Part shown: piece by piece, positions 1 to 11,883 of the stretch
How positions within the stretch are numbered: position 1 is the stretch's first letter
Layout of the letters: each line of letters begins with the position of its first letter
Assembly: GCF_006345805.1 (NCBI RefSeq)
Contig: NW_021832192.1
Location: 1-50,079 of the forward strand
Origin: Octopus sinensis
Lineage: Eukaryota
Direction of reading: 5' to 3'
Length of the DNA: 50,079 nucleotides
Notes under the pieces: generated by a model
Database searches by the model: none
What the model was told of the DNA's origin: nothing
What the model saw: the letters and a program-made list of their open reading frames with translations, nothing else
Program-made: the position numbers and the translations under genes

Positions 1-1326
1 CGCACTTCCGCCGCCGTGATGGCACCTTCGCAGCACCTGCCTTTCTTGTCGAGAGTCGTGGCAGGCTATGTAGGTAGGCACTGAAGTCTACCCTACGTTC
101 TTGCCCTCCACTCGTCCCGAACAGTCGGCAAAATACTGCTGAAAGGCCTCACACATTTTACTTGGCTCGAGCAATTCGCGCCCCTGTTCATCTACCAGTG
201 ACCGAATGGTGGCTTTGTTGCCCTGTTGCGCCTCTGCCACCCGGGCCTCTCTCGCGGCTCCAACACCTTCGTTCCTTAGAGCACGCATCCTAGCTCTGAC
301 AGCACATCCTTCGTGTTTGGCGTTGAAGTGTTGGTCGAGGGCCAACCTCGCCGCCAAAACGTCGGATGCGATGCCGCTTCTAATTGCCTCTTCTAGCTTC
401 TTAACTAGCTCACCCTCTACTCTATTTCTATCTATGGCTAGTGCTTGCGTTGTACCTAATCGCTTCTGCTTTTACTGCTCTCTTGAGGGCAAACACCATT
501 GTTGTTGATGATGGCTCCCGTCAAAGCCCTCTTTACTAGTGTGCTAATCCGGTCTCTGAAAACTTGTCTGGACGGGAATGATGCGTTCAGTTTCCAGTAA
601 CCAGGACCCTGTCTATGTGTCTTATCTAAGTCTAGCGTACACGTCACCAATTTGTGATCCGTGTAGCTGACTGTGTGGAATTGTGGACATCCTAAGTTAT
701 CCTTGTCTACTGTCCTACACAGTATCCTATCTAGATACGATCTCGACGACCCACTGCGGTTGCTCCATGTCCACGTTGGTGCATTTGGGTGGTCGAGTCG
801 GTACCTGTCAGACAGTTGGAATCGTCTGAGCAGGTCTCTGAGGCATTTGCATCCCCTTCTGTTTCTGTCTCTACCCACGTAGTCTACATGCGTGTCCAAG
901 GTGGCATTCCAATCCCCCATAAGAGTAAGGACGAGACGTTCCCAGAATACTTCTAGACGTCGAAAGAAATCCGCCCGACCTGTTAAGGGCGGTGCGTAGA
1001 CTGATACGAGTCGAAAAGCGCACCCATTGCTGCCGTCAACATCCAGAACGATCAGTCTACCCTCCGGGTCTACGAATATCGTCTTGACTTCGAGATCCAG
1101 GCTCTTGTGAAAAAGTACCGCGGTGCCACTACCGCCCATCCTCGGCAGACAGGGAGCGAAATAAATGTTAAACTGTCCGCCAAACATGGACTTTAGGCCC
1201 GTGGCTCGTGAGTCTGGTCTCACTTATGGCTATGATTCCCAAATATGTGACTGATGTCATTAGGAGGTTTATCTTGTTTCCAAGGAGACCCAAGCCACGC
1301 GCATTCACACAACCAATCTTGACCAT
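1..1326 (-). pseudogene. ORF2 APE endonuclease and linker of the Tx1-like LINE, frameshifted
   Basis: ORF pieces 456..1223 and 88..357 plus the N-terminus at 1326-1200 lie in different frames. Confidence 0.88.
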
Positions 1327-1376
1327 GATTCTATTGGGGGTTGTGCTTTAAAACACACAAATGAAAGTACAGAGAG

Positions 1377-2175
1377 TTACTTACTTGTGTCGAAAGTTTT
1401 GGCTTCCTCGTTCTGTGATGTGTCTTCGAGGAGGTTTCTATATAGTTTTTGGGACAGATATTTCTGGAAACCCCCTACAGCATTTGGGAAGAGGGCTTGA
1501 GTTTGTGGTGTTGTTGTTTGTGTGATGTGTAGTATTTTGATGTGTTTGGGTGGTGTGGAGTGGTGCGTGGATGATTGCTATTTTTAAAGTCCTCTTCACA
1601 AATGTTTGTGTATCCTGTGATGTACTCCATTAGTTGGAGTCTTTTGTGTCTATCGCTGATAGCATTGTTTTTGTGGTGTTGGTGCTTGTTTTGTTGTGCA
1701 TGGAGTTTCAGGGTTCAGGTATCTCCTGCTTTGGTTGCGATTTCTTGTTTGGTTTTCTTGATCTTTTCTTTTACCCCCCTGTGGCTATTTGCCATTCTGT
1801 CGAACTTTCATCGTTAGATGAAAAGTCTGACGAATCAGCAGGGGGCAAGGGTAAAGCGTTGGGGGTGTTTGTGCGGTTGTAGATATTGTTGTGGGGGCGG
1901 GGAGGGTGTGTGCTGGGAGGTTTGTTGTGGTTATTGTCTCTCCTACATCCTTGGTGCTTGTCTTCTTCGTGTTATTCTTGGTGTTGGATTGGTTTATTTG
2001 TTGTTGGTGGTGATGATTCTGTTCTTGGCGCTGGTGTTGGTGTTGTTTGGTTGGGTTGGCTTGTTTTTTGTTGTTTTTCCTGCATTTCCGCATACAGCTT
2101 CTTGACTAGCTGTCCATATTGTGGTGTGGGCAATAATCCTGGCTTTTGTGATTTTTCCTGTGGCTGTTGTTGTTG
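1377..2175 (-). pseudogene. Probable ORF1 C-terminal remnant of the Tx1-like LINE
   Basis: Q/P/T-rich broken frame (KPGLLPTPQYGQLVKKLYAE..., KRKRSRK, ...FQKYLSQKLYRNLLEDTS...*) lies directly upstream of ORF2 on the same strand. No diagnostic domain seen. Confidence 0.55.
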
Positions 2176-2200
2176 ATAGATAGATAGATAGATAGATAGA
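2176..2200. repeat. (GATA)n microsatellite at the boundary of the Tx1-like element
   Basis: Direct reading. Confidence 0.95.
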
Positions 2201-2512
2201 CATGCGTTGGGAGGAATTCTATGGGGTTTGGATAACTCGCCTTTGGAAACATAGGTGTTCTTCATCATTGAACAACCCTTATTTAGGAACCGTTTGAGCG
2301 GAATGGGCTACTCGACCTGAAGAAAATTCTAACTGGGCCCCACCTGCAATGTTGTGTGTTGTTTATCTTTATATGAGATCACTATGTGGCGCATATGTGG
2401 TTGTGATGCATGTGCCTGGTGTACCCTTATCAGACGGGTAGTCATAATAGGTATACTGGATTTCGTATATTTTACCCGTGTCACTTTGATTGCACGCATT
2501 GCTCTCTCACTC

Positions 2513-2515
<3 letters not shown>
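2201..2515 (+). mobile_element. Interspersed repeat fragment ending in an (AAT)n tail (non-LTR or non-autonomous 3' part)
   Basis: Complex sequence ending ...ctctctcactc runs directly into (AAT)n. Recalled as a common Octopus AAT-associated repeat; no second overlapping copy in the window. Confidence 0.5.
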
Positions 2516-2571
<56 letters not shown>

Positions 2572-2644
2572 CAACAACAACAATAACAATAATAATAATA
2601 ATAATCATAATAATAATAATCATAATAATAATAATAACAACAAC
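2514..2644. repeat. (AAT)n/(AAC)n microsatellite
   Basis: Direct reading. Confidence 0.97.
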
Positions 2645-4021
2645 AGGTTGTCAACATCGGAGGCATCCAATTACCAGATGGTTAGACTTTAAAATCATTG
2701 AAAGGGAGAGAGAGTTATAAGTATCTAAGAGTATTAAAATCTGACTGAGTACCAACTATAGAAGTGAAAACAAGAATTGAGAAGGAGTACATCAGAAGGG
2801 TGAGGAAGCTAATGGTCCGAATCTAGTGACGCCTGTAAATACATGAGTAGTATCATTACTCAGATACTCAGCAACTTTTGTAGACTGAACAAAAACTGAA
2901 TTAGCAAGCTAGACAGAAAAAACTAGGGAGGAGTTCAATATGAATGGAGGACTCCATCCAAGAGCAGGACTAGCAAGATTATACCTGCCTTGAAAGGAAG
3001 GTGGCAGTGGATTAATATTAGTAGAAGACTGCGTGGAGTTAGCTAGACTAGATATAGACTCCTATGTATGTAATAGTGAAGAAAGTTTATTAAAAGCTGC
3101 GAGAGTCACAGCAAGACATAGGGAAACCAAAAACCCAAACGAAGTTAAAAACCAGAAAAAAAGAACAGAAATTATCTGACTGGCAAGAGAAGGTGTTGAA
3201 TGGTAGATTCCTAAAGATATTTTCAGCAAATAGTAGTATTGAGACATGGTTATGGTTGCAGAAAGGAAAGCTGAAGAGGGAGACAGAAAGTTTGTTAGTA
3301 GCTGCATAAGATCAAGCATTAAAGACTAATTGGATAAACAGACAAAAACCAAGTAGATTCCCAATGTAGACTTTGCAAATCAAAATAGGAAAGCGTTACT
3401 CGCATAGTAAGTGAATGTAGTATGCTAGCACAGAAAGAATACAAGAAAAGGCATGACAATCTAGGGAGAGTAATCCAGTGAGAGGTATGTAGAAAGCTAG
3501 GATTTGAACATAGTGATAAAGGGTATGAACATGAATCTAGTAAAGTACTAGAAAGTAAGAAATATAAGATGTTATGGACTTCAACATTCAGACTGAGAGA
3601 GTAATAAAAGCTAGAAGTCCTGATTTGGCAGTCGTAGATAAAGAAAATAGAAAACGCCAGATAATTGACGTTAAAGTCCTAAATGATGAAAAAATTAATA
3701 TGAGAAGTATAGAAAAAATAGCAAAGTACCAGGATCTAGCTATTGAGTTACAGAGACTATGGAAAGTGCGGGTAAAATGTATCCCAGTCGTTATAGATAC
3801 ATTGGGAGCTATCCCTAAAGATCTGAACAGAGGTTAGAGGAAATAGGCGTGAAACCCAGTTTAATACAGCTCCATAAAAAAGTGTTATAAGGGACAGCTA
3901 GGATACTTAGAAGGGGTCTTGGTATCTAATGTTACTTGTTGTAACCCGATGCTAGGTTTTTTTCATTTTCCGACAGTCTAATCTGTTGAGTGTATATGAA
4001 AAGAAGAGGAAGAAGAAGAAA
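2645..4021 (+). mobile_element. 5'-truncated R4/Dong-like non-LTR retrotransposon (RT C-terminus, CCHC, restriction-like endonuclease, 3' UTR)
   Basis: Broken frame: YKYL..., EYIRRVRKL, LDRKTR, HPRAGLARLYLP.KEGG.GL, DQALKTN, C..C...E...HIVSEC, RHD, DFNIQT...PDLAVVDK...IIDV...EKIAKYQDL..ELQRLW. Stop near 3927-3929, then a short 3' UTR ending in GAA repeats. Confidence 0.9.
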
Positions 4022-4615
4022 TACAATGGTTGAAAAATCCTATAGGTGCATGCACTGGCAGAAACGCACCTTTCACTCATATGAATGATGATTAATATGG
4101 ATAACCTCCTTGAATTTTGGTAATTTGGTTCCATTTATACATCACCCCCATAGACAAATTTTTATACTCATAAAGGACTACTACCAAATTCGTTGAGGTA
4201 TGTTTTACCTTTGTCTCTCTACCTCACCCTCCTCTCTCTCTCTCTCTTTCCCTCTCTCTATCGTAAGCACAATCAAACACACAGACACAAACCTGTCACT
4301 TCACCACTGTTTGTTTTTGGCATCTACCTAACCACACACACAATCACGCACACACATACACACACATAGACACGAATGCAGTTATATATATACACACACA
4401 TAGGCACTCAATCACAAAAGAAAACAACAAATCACCATTCATATGACTTGCACCCTGTCACCTTCCTATTCTTAGACCTCTCTCCTCCAACGTAGTTTGA
4501 ACCCTTGAACTTACTAGAATCTTCTACATTCAACCATTTTTTACGTCACTGCTTATAACGGAATATTTTAAAGAAACACTCATTATCGCTATGGGCTCCG
4601 TGTGGGCAGTCATCT

Positions 4616-4782
4616 AAGAGTTTTTGTTCATCTTGATGCTGACATAAGTTCTTTGTTTTTCCTGATGAGAAGGCGGCATAATGCACCCCTTATTCCTTCG
4701 AAAATAGGAATATGCAGCTTCGAAACATATGTCGAGAATAAAGGAATTTTGTTTAAATCGTCGTTCAACTCCATTCTTTCAT
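4616..4782 (+). mobile_element. Penelope-like terminal-repeat (pLTR-type) fragment; same family as the arms of 17483-17830
   Basis: Colinear similarity to 17664-17830 (gacataagttc...cgaaacatatgtcgagaataaagga...cgttcaactccattc) and contains a hammerhead core. Confidence 0.7.
4649..4746 (+). ncRNA. Type I hammerhead ribozyme motif with intact core
   Basis: CTGATGA at 4662-4668; stem II gaaggcggcata/tatgcagcttc; GAAA at 4722-4725; palindromic stem III ACATATGT; GTC cleavage triplet 4731-4733; stem I ttctttgtttttc/gagaataaaggaa. Confidence 0.75.
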
Positions 4783-4819
4783 TTGGCGCGCAACCCATTG
4801 TCTATCAAGACAGACGGGG

Positions 4820-4883
<64 letters not shown>

Positions 4884-4891
4884 ATATATAT
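4820..4891. repeat. (TA)n microsatellite
   Basis: Direct reading. Confidence 0.97.
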
Positions 4892-5364
4892 TTGAAAATG
4901 CAGAGGTCTTTTAAAGATGTTCATTGACTTGACCGGTTTCACATTTTTTAAAAAGGTTTTCCAAAGTAAAATGTAAGGCTTTGTGTAGCCTTTGTGTCTT
5001 CTTAAAAACAGGGGTTATCATGGATGTATTAAACAACAATGATACAGTATTTTACAATGATGAGAAAATGTTAAGAAATAGAATCTTTGACAATGATAAG
5101 AAAATGTTAAGAGGAAGTTTTTGTTTAAACTGTTTACATAAAAGTGTTCAAAATAGGTAGTGAAATAAATTCATAAGTTCATCAAAAATCATGATTGTAT
5201 ATAAGCATATATACAGAAAGAATTTGGGAACAATATTTTATTGGAGAAAGCGTTTATTGCTTAGTCAAAACTTCATCAGAAATCATACTTAAGTATTTAT
5301 ATAAAATTTTAGGGGAATGACCAAAGTTTTTTCTTCGTCTCCAGTCTTGTAGGTGTTTTGGCCA

Positions 5365-5381
5365 TATATACTATATATATA

Positions 5382-5452
<71 letters not shown>

Positions 5453-5960
5453 TGTGTGTGTATTATATATATATATATACATACATATTATATACATATA
5501 TATACATATATATACAAACAATATATATCATATCCATATATATATAACATATATATACAATATATATACGTAGGTATATATATACATACATATATATATA
5601 CATACATATATATACGTATATATACACACACATACATATATATATACATACATACATATATAGAGAGAGAGGGAGAGAGAGAGAGAGAGAGATTAATACA
5701 TATGGACGTTATATATATTTACAATACATTATATATTAATAACTTACCTATGTTTGTGCGTGCATATGGAATATAATCTACGTATATACATACACGTATG
5801 CATGCACTGCTTATCTATATTTATTCATCTGAGCATATATTTGTACAAACATGCATCCATATATGCACACACGCATACATACATATATGTACATTCTATA
5901 CACACACACAAACACACACAAACACACACATACACGCACACATACGCTCACACACATATA
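5365..5960. repeat. Compound (TA)n/(TACA)n/(GA)n/(CA)n microsatellite tract
   Basis: Direct reading. Confidence 0.93.
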
Positions 5961-6439
5961 TTGTATCGTATTTTATTGTATTTTAGTGTATTGTATTTGT
6001 AAATATTTGTATGTATATCCATGTTAAACGTAGGTCATAACAGAATATTTTTTTCTTTCGTTTCCGATACCTAATTTTTAACATTTGTCTTTATACGAAA
6101 TGAAATTAGATTTGGATTCTTGTTGAGAAAGACAGATGTTTTCATCGAAAATGAAATTTTTCTTCGATTGTGAAGAAATATGCCAAGAAACCCAAAAACA
6201 ATTGAACAAAAACAGTCCAAAATGGTGCATAGAATTTATAAAATAACAGAACAAATATCAGAAGAGGAAAATAATACTGAAATGCAGAGTGAGGTTGGTG
6301 GGTGGTGGGCAGATAAGAAAAGAGAACAGACGATAGGAAAATGGCTGAAAAAGAAAGCAATTATTGATAAGTTAGGTGAATGTTTATTTTGTAAATCTGA
6401 TCTGTTTTGACTTATTTGCTACGAATTGCTTGGTGAAAA

Positions 6440-7410
6440 TTGTTGTTGTTGACGTGGCTACAACTGTTGTTGTTTTTGTTTTTCGTGATGTGTTGTTGTT
6501 GGTAATAGGGGGGGAAGAGATAATAGGGGAGGTGGTGCTAGTTGTTGTTATGGTTGTAGTAGTAATGATAGTGGTGGTGGTGATTATGGTGGTGGTGGTG
6601 GTGTTGGTAGTGACGAAGTATTGATAGCGGAAGTAGTGTCGGTTGCAGGAGTGGTGATGGTAATGGTAGTGGTGGTGGTGGTGGTGGCTTATGGTAATCG
6701 CAATCGCCGTGGTGGAAGCACTAGTACTGGTGGTGTAATTTTGGTTATGATAATGGTGGTGTTGCTGTCCTTGTTGACGATGATGCTAGTGACGGTAGTG
6801 GCGGTGGTGTAGGCGGTGGTAGTAGCGGAAGCGATGGTGGTGGTGATGATAGTGATGGTAATAATGATAGTGATGGTGATGCTGGTAGTGGTAGTGGTAG
6901 TGGTGGCTTTGTTATTATTTAGCCCTAGGAACAGGGCTAAATAATAGAACAGTCTGTGACAACAGCCTTGTCCATCTCTTCCTTTTACGGTTATGTAAGA
7001 TTAGACGGTTGTTTGAACTTGCTAGAAATAACAGCCTAAATCCCTCAAATTGTATGGTAAGAGGACACTTTTGCAGTGGTGTTGGTTATTAGTTATGGTG
7101 GTGGTGGTCGTAGTGGTGGTGACCGTTATGGTAATGGCAATCGCCGTGGTAGAAGCACTGGTATTGGTGGTGTAAATTTGGTGATGATAATGGTGATGTT
7201 GCCGTTGTTGACGATGGTGCAGCGATGGTAGTGGCGCTGGTGACAGCGGTGGTGCTGCTGGTGGTTGTGGTGAATGTGGTGGTGGTCGTCGTGGTTGTGG
7301 TGTTGGTGTTGGTGGTGGCGGTGGTGTTGGTGTTGTTGTTGGTGGTGGTGGTGGTGGTGATGGTGGTGGTAGTTGGTGGTGGTGGTGGTGGTGGTGGTGG
7401 TGGTGGTACT
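6440..7410. repeat. Degenerate (GGT/GTT/GAT)n low-complexity region with an old-SINE fragment (about 6905-7075) and an internal duplication
   Basis: Direct reading. gctagaaataacagcctaaatc at 7021 matches the family D motif. Confidence 0.85.
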
Positions 7411-7504
7411 GCTGCTGCTGAGTGGTTGCTACCATTTTCCCTTCCCATATTGTTAGTGCTGCTTCACAATGTAAATGTATATTCAATTGAGATACAAAAC
7501 ACAC

Positions 7505-7730
7505 ATAAAGTTTACTCATATACATACACACACATACAAATATATGTGTATGTATGTACGTATCTAAAAATAAACCTATACCACCATATTTAAATATATG
7601 TATAAATATACGTATATACATGCATATATGGACACATGTGTGTGCATACACACAGATATATATATATATGCGTGTGCGTGTGGGTATGTATATGTGTGTA
7701 TATGTATGCATATGTATATATATACATACA

Positions 7731-7780
<50 letters not shown>

Positions 7781-7815
7781 TACATATATATATGTATATT
7801 ATGTTATACCTATGT
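7505..7815. repeat. (TA)/(TG)/(CA) compound microsatellite
   Basis: Direct reading. Confidence 0.92.
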
Positions 7816-8369
7816 ATACTTAGTGATATATTTTGAATACACAGACAAATACATAAGTAGATTTATGCACATTTATGTACATATATACGGGGTTATGAAA
7901 GAGAGAGAAAGGGAGTAGGGGAGAGAGGATTGTGTGTGGCATTATGAGAGAGAGGAACAGAGAAACAGAGAGAGAGAGCGAGTGGTGGGGAGATGTAGGT
8001 TTGCGTATCTATAAAGTGTGTTTGAAAAGAATGCATTCATACTTCATTGACACATAAGGAATGGGCAAAATGGATCAGTTAAAGAGGGAGAGAATGATAC
8101 AGAGAGAGAGACAGAATGAAAGCGATCGAGGGGACAGAGAAAGACAGAAAGGAGAAGGACATAAAGTGAGAGAGGAAGAGAGAGAAGGGGAGGGTTTAAG
8201 ATGTGGAAATTAATCGGGGCTGAGGCAGGTGAGTCGAGGCCTGAGAAACATTTCTGTATGAAAGATTTTCGTAATGACCTGAGTCAGTCATCCACGAGTC
8301 AGGGAATATATTGCTTCAATACAAACCCGAACGACATCAAAGATATATATGTAGATATTATGCATTGTT

Positions 8370-8574
8370 TATACATACATACATACATACATGCATGCAT
8401 ACATGCATGCATACATACATACATACATACATACATACACACACACACATACATGCATACATACGTACATACATGCATACATACATACGTGCATGCATGC
8501 GTGCATATATACATACAGATATATATGTATACACACACGCGCGCATTCACACACACACATATACATACACACTC

Positions 8575-8669
<95 letters not shown>

Positions 8670-8765
8670 CACGGACGGACAGGCAGACAGGTGGATGGAT
8701 GGATGGATTGATGGACGGACGGACGGATGGATGCATGGATGCATGCATGGATAGATGGGCGGACA
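8370..8765. repeat. (CATA)n, (GATA)n, (GGAT)n compound microsatellite
   Basis: Direct reading. Confidence 0.95.
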
Positions 8766-8839
8766 GATGATTAAATAAATCGATGGATGGATGAAGTAAC
8801 GAAATAAACAAAGATGTACAGATTTGTAGAAGGAAATAC

Positions 8840-8932
8840 AATTAGAATGGTAAAACGTATGAGAAAGACAATTAGAATGAAAAGAATGAGAAAGCGGGCA
8901 ACAGATTAATGAAAATGGAAAGAAAGAAAGAG

Positions 8933-8979
<47 letters not shown>

Positions 8980-9420
8980 ACTAAACAAACAAAGGTATGA
9001 AGTAAAAGTAAAGAAAAGAAAATGAAGTCAAAGAAGAACCAGAAAGAATGAAGGACATTGAAGTAAGAAAGACGGAAATTTAGAAAGAAATCCTGCCGAA
9101 TATAGAAATGGATTAAGTTGAAAAGGAAAAAAGGAAAGATTGGGTAAAAAAAAGAAAAGAAAAGACATATAATAAAAATAACAGAAGAGATGGAAAAGGT
9201 AAGAATATAGATAGATGGACAGAGAGGGAGAGAGAGGGGGAGAGATGGATGGATGGATGGTTAAAATGCTGAAAAATAGAGTCAAAGAAATGAAGAAATA
9301 AGAAAGGCGTCCATACAATTTAACCGAAAGAAGGAAAAGAAATAATAAAAACGACGAAAAGATGACAAGGAAAGAGTAGAAGAAACAGAAGAAGAAAATA
9401 AAGCATGAAAGAAAGACAAG
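8840..9420 (+). repeat. Purine-rich low-complexity tract including (GAAA)n
   Basis: Direct reading. Confidence 0.85.
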
Positions 9421-9430
9421 TAGAGTGTTC

Positions 9431-9542
9431 TAATCTTTTACTTGGCTCAGTCATTTGACTGCGACCACGCTGGAGTACAACCTTGAAGGGTTTGGTCGAA
9501 CAGATCGAAGTTAGGATTTATTTTGTGTAAGTCTGGTACTTT
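9431..9542 (-). mobile_element. SINE family A 3' tail fragment
   Basis: cttttacttggctcagtcatttgactgcgaccacgctggag is the reverse complement of the tail seen at 9735-9787 and 27020-27080. Confidence 0.85.
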
Positions 9543-9554
9543 TTCCATATATTT

Positions 9555-9787
9555 GTGTGTGTGTGTGTGTGTGTGTGTCTTTCTGTTTATGTTTGTTTCC
9601 CCACCATTGCTTGACAAACGATGTTGGTATGTTAATATTCCCGTAACTTAGCAGTTCAGCAAAAGAGACTGATAAAATAAGTACTAGGCTTACAAAGAAT
9701 AAGTCGATTTCTTCGACTGAAACTCTTTAGGACGGCGCTCCTGCATGGCCGCAGTCAAATGAGTGAAACGTGTAAAAGAATAAAAGT
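9555..9787 (+). mobile_element. SINE family A 3' half
   Basis: (TG)n followed by ...cccgtaacttagcagttcagcaaaagagac...gcatggccgcagtcaaatgagtgaaac; matches 26830-27080 and 35560-35750. Confidence 0.9.
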
Positions 9788-9814
9788 ATATGTGTGTATA
9801 TATATATATATAAC

Positions 9815-9862
9815 TTTTATCTTTTACTTGTTTCAGACATTAGATTGTGGCCATGCTGGGGT
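9815..9862 (-). mobile_element. SINE family A extreme 3' tail fragment
   Basis: cttttacttgtttcagacattagattgtggccatgctgggg. Confidence 0.8.
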
Positions 9863-9889
9863 ACATACATGTATACATACATATATATA

Positions 9890-11215
<1,326 letters not shown>

Positions 11216-11359
11216 TAAGTGGTGTGTAAAAATACATATGCATATATATGAATACATTTGCATGTATTCTACGATACAAGCAAGATGATATTTATACACA
11301 TGTATTAGTATGTAAATGTATTAATACATACATATGTATGAATACGTATATGTATATTG

Positions 11360-11501
11360 ATGAAGGACTTCCACACAGTTTCCGTTGATCAAATTCACTT
11401 ATAAGGCATTGATAAACCCGCAGCAATAGTAGAAGACCCTTGCACAGATAGACTGAGCTTCAAACAACGTCATTGCAAAGTGAGCTTCTTAGCTACACGG
11501 C
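11360..11501 (-). mobile_element. SINE family A head/core, diverged
   Basis: cagtttccgttgatcaaattcacttataaggc...atagtagaagac...agcttcttagctacacggc. Confidence 0.75.
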
Positions 11502-11663
11502 TGGGAATGAATGTGTAACCGGAAGTAGAAGGCAAAAGATGGTCGACTGCATCTGGCATCTCAGTCCAATCAATAACAAAAGGGTTCATTTCAAACAATA
11601 TTGGATTGAATAATAGGATAAGCTTTTAATGGGACCAATCAGGAAAGGTATCGACTGGACCGA

Positions 11664-11883
11664 TTAACCTCTTAGCATTTTGATTGCTTTGTCTAATGTA
11701 ATACTTATTTATTCACATTGTTATTAATTGTCATACATTATCTCGTAACCTCGAGTTTTTGATGATGTTATTGTTTACATTTAATATGACTTCCTAGGGT
11801 AGGTGGGAGAGGTCACATTTGGACAATTTGAACAAGGAGAATATTTGGGCTGGATTTGGCTGCTTTAAATGCTAAATTGTTAA
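11664..11883. mobile_element. TTAA-flanked MITE (piggyBac-like ends)
   Basis: ttaa-cctcttagcatt at the left and aatgctaaattg-ttaa at the right form imperfect inverted ends with TTAA on both sides. Confidence 0.65.

Larger units (their letters stand above)
1..2175 (-). mobile_element. L1/Tx1-like non-LTR retrotransposon, decayed: ORF1 3' part, 50-bp spacer, ORF2 (continues beyond left edge)
   Basis: Minus-strand ORF2 starts at ATG 1326 (MVKIGCVNARGL...IIAISETRL). APE endonuclease motifs follow: VSVYAP, LMGDWNA, SYLDRI, YTDHKLV, YWKLN. The linker GCAVRAR...E is at 88-357. The upstream low-complexity ORF1-like frame ends at a stop at 1377-1379. Confidence 0.9.

Noticed and set aside
1972-2268. 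Minus ORF MMKNTY… as the ORF1 start
   Set aside because: The ORF crosses the (GATA)n boundary into a different repeat, so the N-terminal part is not ORF1
5050-5115. Two copies of acaatgat.agaaaatgttaaga
   Set aside because: A simple local tandem duplication in a decayed AT-rich repeat
6142-6410. Hydrophobic minus ORF (…FYAPFWTVFVQLFLGFLAYFF…) with an upstream acceptor-like site at 6345
   Set aside because: No recognisable family. T-rich composition alone yields hydrophobic peptides, and no donor or partner exon was found.
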